Shown here: positions 10,031 through 18,316 of the stretch, piece by piece
Position numbering within the stretch: position 1 is the first letter of the stretch
How the letters are laid out: every line of letters begins with the position of its first letter
DNA from: a virus
Taxonomy: Duplodnaviria > Heunggongvirae > Uroviricota > Caudoviricetes
Virus record (IMG/VR): IMGVR_UViG_2654587686_000021
Coordinates: 1-29,615 of that record
DNA length: 29,615 nucleotides
Reading direction: 5' to 3' (one strand)
The notes under the pieces: generated by a model
Databases searched by the model: none
Told to the model about the DNA's origin: nothing
The model's input: the letters and a program-made list of their open reading frames with translations, nothing else
Position numbers and translations under genes: made by a program

Positions 10031-11355
10031 TGCACTGGCACCTTCAGAGGGATCACCGGCACAAAGCCGGGATGCGTAATGGCATTACGCCGGATAATGT
10101 CCGCGTCACGCGCCGCGTTATCAAACCAGGTCGCCGCCAGCACCAGCGCGGGTAAAACCTCATCCGGTGTGCGCTGAATGATCCGTGCAGACTGTTCAAG
10201 GCGCGTGTTGATATCCGCATTCAGATCTGCTTTCACCCGGCGCAGCGCCAGAAACAGCGCATCACTGGTTGTACGGGACAACTCCTTATCAATTGCCGTA
10301 TTCAGTGTGTCGCGAATGTCAGTCAGTTCTTCCCACGTCGGCAGGTCAACCGTGTTTTTCACCGCCGGTGCATTGTTCAGTGCCGGATGCGTGACGGAAG
10401 GCCAGCCAGTGCTCTGCGCAGGTGTTGTTGCCTGCCCCACTGCGGAATTCTGCATCACCGCGGAAGTTGTTGGCGCAGGCAATCGGGTGACGGCATACGC
10501 CGCTTCACTGATTGCGGTCGTACGAAGGGTGCTGGCAACCACATTACGCTGCTGCGTAGCCGTGGCGGTGGTTTTACTGTCCGTTTTCCAGACACCGCGC
10601 GGTTGCAGATCGCTGCCGAGGCTGACACCGGAAAGCGTTTTGATCATGGTGACCAGGTCGCTGGCGTTACCATAAAGGCGTTTCCCGGTACGCCACATTT
10701 TCTGCACCTGCTCAACGAGATTTTTGCCTGACGATGGTGGCGGCAGAAGTACCGAGATATCCCCCTGCAACAGCCTGGCAGCATCCGATACGGCAGAATC
10801 CACCACTTTCATCGCATCAGAAACATACCCAAGCATTGTGCTGACATTACCAACGACGTCGTTCTGCACGAAATCCGCCACGCCATCGATACTGAAACCT
10901 CTGAAGCTGTCACTGATGCAGTCATCCAGTGCAGAACAGGATGACATCAGCGTCTGCGCCGTCGCCGCACCTGAAGTGGGGTAAGAGAGTTCTCCCGCTT
11001 CGACAAACTTCAGGTCAAAGCGGACAATACGCCCTTCACTCTTCGATGTGCTGACCCGAACTTCCCCGTCAACACAGACTTTCAGCTCACCATATGTCGG
11101 GTGGACAAGCGTGCCGGGACCGGGTTTATTCAGCGCTTCAATCAGGCGATCTCGCTGGTCAAAGCAGTCATCTCCCACCACATAAGCTGTGATGGACGGG
11201 CGGAAAGTGACTTTTCCCAGATCTTCGGTATAGGGTTTGTCGCGGTTCGGGTATTCATGTGTTTCCACACGGCGACCGGTTCCCGCACTTTCTTCTTCAA
11301 CCTTAAACGGCACACCTCGAAATGACGCATCCTGAAGCCTGTCTTTCCACGTCAT
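10027..11355 (-). CDS. Mu N-like DNA circularisation protein
   Basis: N-terminus MTWKDRLQDASFRGVPF...THEYPNRD matches the Mu gpN-type N-terminal domain as I recall it. ATG at 11355 has a GGAG ribosome-binding site; ORF-track start 11361 is a GTG. Confidence 0.7.
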   Translation of the reverse strand: MTWKDRLQDASFRGVPFKVEEESAGTGRRVETHEYPNRDKPYTEDLGKVTFRPSITAYVVGDDCFDQRDRLIEALNKPGPGTLVHPTYGELKVCVDGEVRVSTSKSEGRIVRFDLKFVEAGELSYPTSGAATAQTLMSSCSALDDCISDSFRGFSIDGVADFVQNDVVGNVSTMLGYVSDAMKVVDSAVSDAARLLQGDISVLLPPPSSGKNLVEQVQKMWRTGKRLYGNASDLVTMIKTLSGVSLGSDLQPRGVWKTDSKTTATATQQRNVVASTLRTTAISEAAYAVTRLPAPTTSAVMQNSAVGQATTPAQSTGWPSVTHPALNNAPAVKNTVDLPTWEELTDIRDTLNTAIDKELSRTTSDALFLALRRVKADLNADINTRLEQSARIIQRTPDEVLPALVLAATWFDNAARDADIIRRNAITHPGFVPVIPLKVPVQ

Positions 11356-11364
11356 ATACACTCC

Positions 11365-11396
11365 GAAAATAAAAAAGCCACCTATTAGAAGGTGGC
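11365..11396 (-). terminator. Intrinsic terminator after the moron gene (stem gccacc/ggtggc, then T-tract on the minus strand)
   Basis: Minus strand reads ggccacc ttctaata ggtggc followed by ttttttatttt. Confidence 0.55.
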
Positions 11397-11416
11397 CTTG
11401 TAATGAATTTTATTAA

Positions 11417-11947
11417 TTAGCGAGTCAGAAACAACGAATCTTTATACTTTTGCTGTTGTTCATTTAAATACTTAGCTGTTTCATCGCTGGCAAATGGAAA
11501 TATTACCGTATTTTTAGGCATGGTAATTTCTTTTTTGTCCAGCGTCAGAGTAAACATAGGAACATACTGAGCAGAGTAACGCACCGCAGAAACGAGCTCT
11601 AGTTTAGACTCTTCAATAACACTTAAATTATCCAGGCTAACTTTCTCTTCATCTTTTTTCTTTGACGCATTTAAAGTTTTTATTACTTTATTTAATTTCT
11701 CCTGAAAATCCTCCTTAAAGTTTTCAGGATTGCCGTCGACAACAAGAATCTGTTCACCCTGATTATCTGGAAAAATAATCTTTGCACTTATCAATTTATT
11801 TTCTTTATAAACATCACCAAGTTTTATGGCTCCTCCAGATAACTGAATAATATGTTCATCTTTAAAGGAGATGTTGCCAGAGATTATGAGAGATGAAAAA
11901 ATAGCCGCTACTCCAAGAATTACACTTGCTGTGATATAGCCTTTCAT
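11417..11947 (-). CDS. Hypothetical exported or membrane-anchored protein (AT-rich moron)
   Basis: 176 aa with N-terminal hydrophobic signal/anchor MKGYITASVILGVAAIFSSLIISG and a Lys/Glu/Asp-rich body. Markedly AT-rich, with its own downstream terminator. Inserted between tape measure and Mu N-like genes. Confidence 0.6.
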   Translation of the reverse strand: MKGYITASVILGVAAIFSSLIISGNISFKDEHIIQLSGGAIKLGDVYKENKLISAKIIFPDNQGEQILVVDGNPENFKEDFQEKLNKVIKTLNASKKKDEEKVSLDNLSVIEESKLELVSAVRYSAQYVPMFTLTLDKKEITMPKNTVIFPFASDETAKYLNEQQQKYKDSLFLTR

Positions 11948-12038
11948 TTTTCGCCTATTAACATTTTTCTAAATGTGCATTAATTCTATCACTCTATTTA
12001 TGACTTACAACCAGCAATACATGTGAGGGGAATCCTGG

Positions 12039-13871
12039 CTACCAAAATCGGGTATAGCCAACATCGTGATTTATATCAATGCCACTGGAGCGTGTTTCCG
12101 TAACCCGCATACCTGATGGCATATTTATAAATGATACCTTGATCTCACCATCAACTTTTGGCGCGGTAGCTTTATTAATCATGAAGGGATTCGAGCCTGT
12201 GGCATCGGAGGCGTTGTTTGCCTGAGCCGGATCCACCGCCGGATAAGGAGTGTATCCCCGTGCCGGTATTCCCGTCCCATAAGCATCATAAGCACCCGCG
12301 CCCCACTGCGCAGAGTTAATGGCATCGACCGTGTCACCGGAACTGTCGGTAAACCACTCAATAATTGGCTTCAGCTTGTCCCACATATCCTGAAACCACT
12401 TAACAACCGGCCCCCAGTTATTGATCACCATCCCCAGCGGCGACCAGGCAAAAACTTTCTTAAGGAGTTCCCAGCCAGCCTCAAAATAAGGACCAATGGT
12501 TTCCCAGAGTTTCTTAAAATAAGGTCCGACAACATCCCAGTTAGTGATAATTAATCCCGCAGCCAGGGCTATCGCCGTCGCAATCATGCCAATCGGCGTC
12601 ATCGACATGATCCTGCTGACAATACTGATGGCACCGCCAACGCCCATCAATCCCAGTTTCAGAATCGCAAGACCGGCAGCAAGCCCGACGACGCCGCGAA
12701 TAACCCGGGGATTTTCATCCGCAAACTTCGTGAATTTTTCCCCCAACTCCCCCAGCCATTGCGTGATATTTTTAGCGTCACCAGAAAATGCGCCGCCAAT
12801 AGCAGCAAGACCGTTAGTTGCGGTCCCCGTCATTGCCTCCCACAGGTTGGACAGCGTACCAAGCTGAGCCTGAACACGTTTATTCAGGCTGGCCTGTTTA
12901 TTCATCTTCTGCTGGATCTGATCGTAGCCATCCTTTCCTTTATCGATCAGGGCATTGACCACCTGAAGGGTTTCGGCATCATCACCAAATATTGCCTTAA
13001 GTACGCCTGTTCGCTTAACGTCGGTCAGTTTTCGCAACTTTGCCAGTTGCCTGAACATGTTATCAAGACCGCCAAAACTTCCTTTGCCGTCAGTAAAATC
13101 GAGCTGTACCCCGAGTTTCTGGCGGGCCATGACTTTATTGACGTCCCTGATTTTCTTAACACTTAATCCGGACTGGATAACTTTTCGCAGGGCATTACCT
13201 GCCGACTCCCCGTTCATCCCCATCTGATCCATCATGACGCTGATGGGGGCAAGGCTCTGTGCAGCCTGAAGACCGTCCTTGTTCACCATCTTCAGAACAG
13301 AACTGGTTTTAGTGAAGAAGGACAACATGTTGGTATCGTCAACGCCCAGATAAAACGCCTTCTGGATAGTGTCGAACAGCCCCATCATGTCTTCTGACGC
13401 CGTTCCGGTAGCATCCTGCATCTTTGCAGCAAACTCAGCAGCCGCTTCCGGTGTTTTTTTCAGTTGTACCGCAAGATAAGCTGTCGCTTTACCCACACCA
13501 CCCAGAATGTTTTCTGCCGGGATCCCCTGCCGCACCAGCATCTGCATCATGTTCTGGAAATCAGCCGTTGTACCGGGTAGCTGGTTACCCAGGCCAATAG
13601 CCAGTTTATTGATGTCCTGAAAGCTCTTTCCAACCTCGCCGTTCGCATCCATCATGGCGACTTTCAGCCCGGTAGCGGCGTTTTCCTGATCGGCATAAGA
13701 TTTCAGGGAAAGCGTCAGCCCCGCTGCCAGTCCTCCACCAAGCGCCAGCCCACCCTGTGACGCTTCTTCCGCCTGGCGTTTAAATCCCCGGATTTTCTTT
13801 TGCATTTTCGACAGCGCGGGAGAAAGCCTGTCGACACCGGTGATCAACGCCTTAAGCTCAAATTCAGCCAT
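12039..13871 (-). CDS. Tail tape measure protein
   Basis: 610 aa with Ala/Gly-rich helical N-terminal half and hydrophobic Gly-rich central segments, directly downstream of the frameshifted chaperone. Confidence 0.85.
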   Translation of the reverse strand: MAEFELKALITGVDRLSPALSKMQKKIRGFKRQAEEASQGGLALGGGLAAGLTLSLKSYADQENAATGLKVAMMDANGEVGKSFQDINKLAIGLGNQLPGTTADFQNMMQMLVRQGIPAENILGGVGKATAYLAVQLKKTPEAAAEFAAKMQDATGTASEDMMGLFDTIQKAFYLGVDDTNMLSFFTKTSSVLKMVNKDGLQAAQSLAPISVMMDQMGMNGESAGNALRKVIQSGLSVKKIRDVNKVMARQKLGVQLDFTDGKGSFGGLDNMFRQLAKLRKLTDVKRTGVLKAIFGDDAETLQVVNALIDKGKDGYDQIQQKMNKQASLNKRVQAQLGTLSNLWEAMTGTATNGLAAIGGAFSGDAKNITQWLGELGEKFTKFADENPRVIRGVVGLAAGLAILKLGLMGVGGAISIVSRIMSMTPIGMIATAIALAAGLIITNWDVVGPYFKKLWETIGPYFEAGWELLKKVFAWSPLGMVINNWGPVVKWFQDMWDKLKPIIEWFTDSSGDTVDAINSAQWGAGAYDAYGTGIPARGYTPYPAVDPAQANNASDATGSNPFMINKATAPKVDGEIKVSFINMPSGMRVTETRSSGIDINHDVGYTRFW

Positions 13872-14046
13872 GTGTGCGTTTCTCCTGCTCTATCCTGTTT
13901 GCCTGACTGACCAGCAAGGGAATTTCACTGATCGGCATATTCAGCAATTCGAAGGGATTAATGCGCCAGTAGCTGGCGCAGTCAAAGAAGCGATCAGTGA
14001 GGTATTCAGCCGTCAGGCCTGGAGGAAAAAACCAGCCACAAGCCAC
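13864..14046 (-). CDS. Frameshift extension of the tail assembly chaperone (GT / E-prime-like)
   Basis: ORF in the -1 frame overlaps the 3' end of the chaperone gene and ends 8 nt into the tape measure gene. A T-TTT-TTC slippery heptamer lies in the overlap. Confidence 0.6.
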   Translation of the reverse strand: MACGWFFPPGLTAEYLTDRFFDCASYWRINPFELLNMPISEIPLLVSQANRIEQEKRTHG

Positions 14047-14282
14047 GCCGCTGCATTCAGGTCTGCCGGAGACATCTGGTCGACAGAGCTTTGCGGCACT
14101 TTCGCCAGCCGCACAATGTATTTCGACACCACATGCGCCAGAAGTCTGACGGACTCATCCTGATTCATCTGGTAGGGATACCCCAGCTCGCCGACATCTT
14201 TCCCGGTGGGCTCATCAAACTCCAGTACGGAGAGTGTCTCGCCATGAGCGGTAATCGGTTTCTTTAACTCAAGCTCTTTCAT
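14013..14282 (-). CDS. Tail assembly chaperone (lambda G / P2 E / Mu gp41 analogue)
   Basis: 89 aa between tube and tape measure genes, with a downstream -1 frame overlap. Confidence 0.7.
   Translation of the reverse strand: MKELELKKPITAHGETLSVLEFDEPTGKDVGELGYPYQMNQDESVRLLAHVVSKYIVRLAKVPQSSVDQMSPADLNAAAWLVAGFFLQA
14024..14033 (-). promoter_or_regulatory. Programmed -1 ribosomal frameshift site (minus strand GGT-TTT-TTC-C)
   Basis: Six consecutive T followed by C on the coding strand in the zero frame G-GTT-TTT-TCC; a shift to -1 reads TTT-TTT-CCT-CCA (..FFPPGLT..). Confidence 0.6.
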
Positions 14283-14638
14283 TACTGGTAATCCCCTTCT
14301 TCACCGTGGAACTCAAGATCGACCGTGCCTTCTTCGGCATTATGGTTCGCTTCGCCGTGCAGCCAGGCAGACGACAGTACATAGACCTGACCGTTCGCCA
14401 GCTCGGCAGTGATGGTCATCTCATCAGACGAGGTGATTTTGCTCACCGGAAAATTCTTCGGCACCTTGAAGGTCCCTTTGACATAAGGCGCACGGTGAGT
14501 TTCCTTGCGGTCCACTGAACCGTCCAGGCCGATGATGTCATCATTGACCGTCCTGTTCATGGGCACCTCAATGCCGCCGGTCAGCGATAGCTGCTGACCG
14601 TCAATTTTGAAATAACAGGTTCCCCCGATACGGGCCAT
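14282..14638 (-). CDS. Tail tube protein (Mu M-like)
   Basis: 118 aa immediately downstream of the sheath gene. Confidence 0.7.
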   Translation of the reverse strand: MARIGGTCYFKIDGQQLSLTGGIEVPMNRTVNDDIIGLDGSVDRKETHRAPYVKGTFKVPKNFPVSKITSSDEMTITAELANGQVYVLSSAWLHGEANHNAEEGTVDLEFHGEEGDYQ

Positions 14639-16134
14639 TATGCGGACTCCTCTGAATACTGAAGACGGAACTGGTTAACCACGGCAAAGACACGCAACTG
14701 GTTAACATAGTCAGGCGGGAACAGCGTGTTCAGGCGGTTCGGATCGCTGGCATCACGCTCCACAACTAGGTACTGCTTAAACAGTGCGTAGTTTTCCACG
14801 ATCCCCGCACGCTCAAGCTGACGGTAGGTTGCCAGCAGTTCCCCTTTGATCACCGCCGGGGTGACAATCGCCTGACCGGGACCAAAGCGGGTACCGTCAC
14901 TGGCAAGCTTGTGACGCCCGTACTTACTGGTAATGACGGATTTCAGTTTGCGCAGTACATACGCGCTGGTATGCAGAGTCTCACTGTCTAGGTAGCTGTT
15001 ATCCGCAACCCCGTAAGCGTTTTTCCTGTACGTGGTGACATCACGCTGAATGCGCAGTACCCCGCTTTCGACATACGCCGTTGCCACGCCATGAGACAGC
15101 AGGGTCTGTTGTTCGGTCATCGTGAACCGTTTCCCCTTCGGCGCAGGCAGCATACCCACCAGCTCACCGGTCTGCGTGGGACGTGCCGGATCGTTGCGAA
15201 TAAACACCGCTGCGCGGGCGGTACGGCTTGCCGCCAGTTCGTCGGCAGGCGTCTGGGTCTCTTTTTCGTACCCCGCCAGGGTAATGTGCTGCTGGTTAAA
15301 CTGGTCACCTGCGGTCACCAGTTCTGACAGCGTGCCGATCTTTGCCGTATACACATGACCATACAGCTGACGCGCATAGCTCCAGCGACCGCTGGTATCG
15401 TTCATCTCGGTCACCAGCGTGTTAACGGAGGCCGTGTCGTTGAACGGCAGGCCGATATAATCAAACGGCTCATCCGCCATTGCAGCCACCGCGCCGGTGA
15501 GAACCGGAGCGCCCGTTCCGGCGGTCCCCGTCGCCACGGCAATCTGTACGCCCGCTGGCAGCACTTCGCCCCCACCAAAGCCGTAGTAATTGAGGCTGAC
15601 AGGAATTTCATTCCCGCAAAGCCCCTTATGACGCGCGGTCAGCGTGACCACGCCTGCCGAAGATGAGGCCGTAAACGGCAGGGCCGGAACGGCATTAATG
15701 GCATCTTTGATACTGCCGGCAATCGTCGTGACGTTATCGCCGTTGGTCACCGGTGCCTGCACGCGGGTACGTCCCACATAAACATTCACCGTGCCGGTTT
15801 CGGTTGCCGCCCCGGTCACCGTCAGCGTAACCGTTGCCGCCGCGCCTGTGGCTTCCGGAACGGCAATCACATACAGCTCGCCAAACGGGTCAGTCTGGCG
15901 ATAAGCCTCGACCATACGCGCCAGCTGACTTCCCGCACCACAAATCTGGCGTGCATAGTCTGCCGACGGCATCAGCACCAGACTGTTGGCAACAATCTCT
16001 GCACCGTTATTGGCATGACCAATCAGCAGCGATGCTCCGCTGTCCTGTGCAGTATTCGCCGCCGAGTTATCCATTTCCGCATAAAACAGCGGAACCAGCG
16101 TATTCGACGGAATGGTGTTAAAGCTTATCGTCAT
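14638..16134 (-). CDS. Contractile tail sheath protein (Mu L-like)
   Basis: 498 aa, Thr/Ala/Gly-rich, followed by tube and chaperone genes. Confidence 0.85.
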   Translation of the reverse strand: MTISFNTIPSNTLVPLFYAEMDNSAANTAQDSGASLLIGHANNGAEIVANSLVLMPSADYARQICGAGSQLARMVEAYRQTDPFGELYVIAVPEATGAAATVTLTVTGAATETGTVNVYVGRTRVQAPVTNGDNVTTIAGSIKDAINAVPALPFTASSSAGVVTLTARHKGLCGNEIPVSLNYYGFGGGEVLPAGVQIAVATGTAGTGAPVLTGAVAAMADEPFDYIGLPFNDTASVNTLVTEMNDTSGRWSYARQLYGHVYTAKIGTLSELVTAGDQFNQQHITLAGYEKETQTPADELAASRTARAAVFIRNDPARPTQTGELVGMLPAPKGKRFTMTEQQTLLSHGVATAYVESGVLRIQRDVTTYRKNAYGVADNSYLDSETLHTSAYVLRKLKSVITSKYGRHKLASDGTRFGPGQAIVTPAVIKGELLATYRQLERAGIVENYALFKQYLVVERDASDPNRLNTLFPPDYVNQLRVFAVVNQFRLQYSEESA

Positions 16135-16288
16135 CGGTGTTCACCTTTTTATTCACGCGCCGGATATCACCCGCGGCTTCACGGCGCAGCCAGTAGTTGT
16201 TCTCGTCAACATTTCGCCCTTCGGCGGGCAAAAGGTCGCCGCGGGCAGGGTCAGGCACTGACCGCCCTTTAACAGGTTTCACAAACAT
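16118..16288 (-). CDS. Small hypothetical protein (56 aa), not in the supplied ORF track
   Basis: ATG at 16288 preceded by TGAGGA (the upstream gene's stop codon plus GGA acting as ribosome-binding site). Reads MFVKPVKGRSVPDPARGDLLPAEGRNVDENNYWLRREAAGDIRRVNKKVNTDDDKL and ends 17 nt into the sheath gene. Confidence 0.3.
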   Translation of the reverse strand: MFVKPVKGRSVPDPARGDLLPAEGRNVDENNYWLRREAAGDIRRVNKKVNTDDDKL

Positions 16289-16296
16289 GAGGATCC

Positions 16297-16857
16297 TCAG
16301 GAAGGAAGGGTTATTTCGGTGTGATGTTCGATATCGCCGTCAGGCCCGTTACCGGGCTCGAGATAATCAACATCAATCGCCAGCGTTTGCAGTTCATCCA
16401 GACTGTTCAGATCATCCTGCTGGCGGGTATCGTCTTCAGTCAGCTCGCTGATGACCGAAAAATCGAACTGATAAATCAGCTCATGACGATTCAGATCCAG
16501 CAGCGTGCCGCCGTCATAGGTAATCGGGTTACCGCACGCTTCCGGGTTCCAGCCCAGCAGGGCCTTAAAGAGCATCTGCCGGACATCGTCCACCACATCA
16601 TATGAGGCAAACTGACCGCGCTCATCACGCCCGTTACTCAGTATGACAACCACGGAGAAGCCCTCTTTCAGCTCCTGCCAGTAGTCGGTCTGGCTTTTGT
16701 TTTCTCCCGGAGAGTCATCACCCGGTACCACATACGCCGCCGGGAGTCTCAGCTTTCCGACCTCCGGCAGATTTTTGAACTGTGCCGCGCCTGCCACCCG
16801 GTTTTCAAAATACGGGCAGCGGGCACGCAGCGCAGCAATAACAGGCGTCAGTTTCAT
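16297..16857 (-). CDS. Tail completion / Mu gp37-like protein
   Basis: 186 aa between HK97 gp10-like and sheath genes. Confidence 0.55.
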   Translation of the reverse strand: MKLTPVIAALRARCPYFENRVAGAAQFKNLPEVGKLRLPAAYVVPGDDSPGENKSQTDYWQELKEGFSVVVILSNGRDERGQFASYDVVDDVRQMLFKALLGWNPEACGNPITYDGGTLLDLNRHELIYQFDFSVISELTEDDTRQQDDLNSLDELQTLAIDVDYLEPGNGPDGDIEHHTEITLPS

Positions 16858-17360
16858 CTGTGTCGTCGCTCCGGCTTCAGTGATTTACGCAATTCCCGCG
16901 CCAGAAAATAGCGTGTCCAGCTGCGGTTCTTTTCAAGAGTTTCCACCATGAAGTTATTACGTGGAGCCAGTCGCCAGCCGCTGCCACCGGATGCGCCACG
17001 ATGATGACTACGACGACGTTTTGCTCCTCCCCGGACACCAAAAAACAGAAACGCCGGATAGAAGTCACCAGAGATCATCCGGTTCCCCTTCCCGTTGCGC
17101 TGGTTAGGGGCAATGCGTGTCATAAAACCGGCTCGCTTTTTACTGGCTCTCGGCACCATATAACCAATCGAACGAGCCAGGCGTCCGGTCTGATAACCGG
17201 GGTTTTCACCCGGTGCCGACCGCGCACGGCGCATCACCAGCCGACGGGCATCACGCATATGACGCTGCCCAATCGTGACAAACGCCCGCCGGACACGGGC
17301 GCGGTTAAAGCGCATCTCGGCGGGCTGCTGAACATCAACGTGAAAAAAGGGAGTCGCCAT
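16854..17360 (-). CDS. HK97 gp10-family head-tail joining protein
   Basis: 168 aa, Arg-rich, at the expected position after the head closure protein. Confidence 0.65.
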   Translation of the reverse strand: MATPFFHVDVQQPAEMRFNRARVRRAFVTIGQRHMRDARRLVMRRARSAPGENPGYQTGRLARSIGYMVPRASKKRAGFMTRIAPNQRNGKGNRMISGDFYPAFLFFGVRGGAKRRRSHHRGASGGSGWRLAPRNNFMVETLEKNRSWTRYFLARELRKSLKPERRHR

Positions 17361-17745
17361 TGCTGCCTCCGTGACTCTGCCTACATTCGCCCAGCTCCGT
17401 ACACTCCAGCAGCAGAAAGCGCCGCGCCCCGTTCAGATCACGCTGACGTTTCACCCGGTACACACTGTCATCACAGACCACCTCATAATCAGCGGTGATC
17501 CCCCGGCGGTAACGAATGGTGATGTAATGGGTGATGGCGTCCCCGGTCTGCGCGGTTTCCTGCCAGGTGGTGGCACTGGTCTGGATAACCTTCGCCCATG
17601 TCCGGAACGTAACCGGGTATTGAGGCTCCACGCCAAAGTTATCCGCGGGCATATCCACCCGCTGGCGGATCAGGACGCGTTTATTCAGTTCACCGGGGTC
17701 CGGCAGAATGTAGGTTGCGCTGGTCTGCGCCTGACGAATTTTCAT
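17335..17745 (-). CDS. Head closure / head-tail adaptor protein
   Basis: 136 aa, follows the gp6-like connector gene. Confidence 0.65.
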   Translation of the reverse strand: MKIRQAQTSATYILPDPGELNKRVLIRQRVDMPADNFGVEPQYPVTFRTWAKVIQTSATTWQETAQTGDAITHYITIRYRRGITADYEVVCDDSVYRVKRQRDLNGARRFLLLECTELGECRQSHGGSNGDSLFSR

Positions 17746-18065
17746 TGCGGAAAGTACCTGTACGGGCCGACAAGCCAGCCAAAACTCTGCGGCATGTCGA
17801 GTTTCTCCACTTCCGTAACCGACGAGCGGTTTTCGTAAAAATGGCTGATAAGCATCAGCATCCCCAGACGAATATCATCCGGCAGGTGCAGCCCGTCCGG
17901 ATCGCTGTCCGGAATGGTTTCATCCGGTGCATAGAGCTTCCGGTTCAGATACGTTTCCGTCCGCTTTTGTGCCGCACAGGCCAGCAGTTGCAGATGGCGG
18001 TCATCAGCATCGAAATCCTCATCCAGCCGGAGTTGGGCTTTAATCTCTTCCATTGTCAGAAGCAT
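17742..18065 (-). CDS. gp6-like head-tail connector protein
   Basis: 107 aa; MLLTMEEIKAQLRLDEDFDADD..ENR pattern typical of phage gp6-like connector proteins. Confidence 0.7.
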   Translation of the reverse strand: MLLTMEEIKAQLRLDEDFDADDRHLQLLACAAQKRTETYLNRKLYAPDETIPDSDPDGLHLPDDIRLGMLMLISHFYENRSSVTEVEKLDMPQSFGWLVGPYRYFPQ

Positions 18066-18067
18066 AC

Positions 18068-18268
18068 TCAGCCCTCTTTACTGGTCGTGGCTTTTTTCTC
18101 TTTTGTCGCTTTACTGCTTTTTGCACTGGTTCCGCGCTCTGCTAACCCGGCCTGAAGTGCAATCTCCTGCACCCGGGCAGGAAGCGCCCCGTCGTCATAC
18201 TCACCGGCCCGAATGACCTCAACACGCATACCGTCCGGTGACCATTTCAGATCTTGTTTCAGGATCAT
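18068..18268 (-). CDS. Small hypothetical head-module protein (66 aa)
   Basis: Tightly packed between capsid and connector genes; Lys/Thr-rich tail. Confidence 0.45.
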   Translation of the reverse strand: MILKQDLKWSPDGMRVEVIRAGEYDDGALPARVQEIALQAGLAERGTSAKSSKATKEKKATTSKEG

Positions 18269-18316
18269 GATTCTTCACCCGTCAGAACAGGGGCGCGGTT
18301 CCGCGCCCCTGAGTGA

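Noticed and set aside
6029-10675. Plus-strand ORFs within the baseplate block (e.g. 6166-6564, 7990-8448, 9521-9859, 10178-10675, 10387-10731)
   Set aside because: Antisense to tightly packed, translationally coupled minus-strand tail genes in GC-rich DNA, where long spurious ORFs are expected; Arg/Pro/Ser-rich translations.
12179-13166. ORFs inside the tape measure gene (12179-12361 minus strand, 12544-12867 and 12759-13166 plus strand)
   Set aside because: Nested in or antisense to the 610-aa tape measure ORF, with no independent signals.
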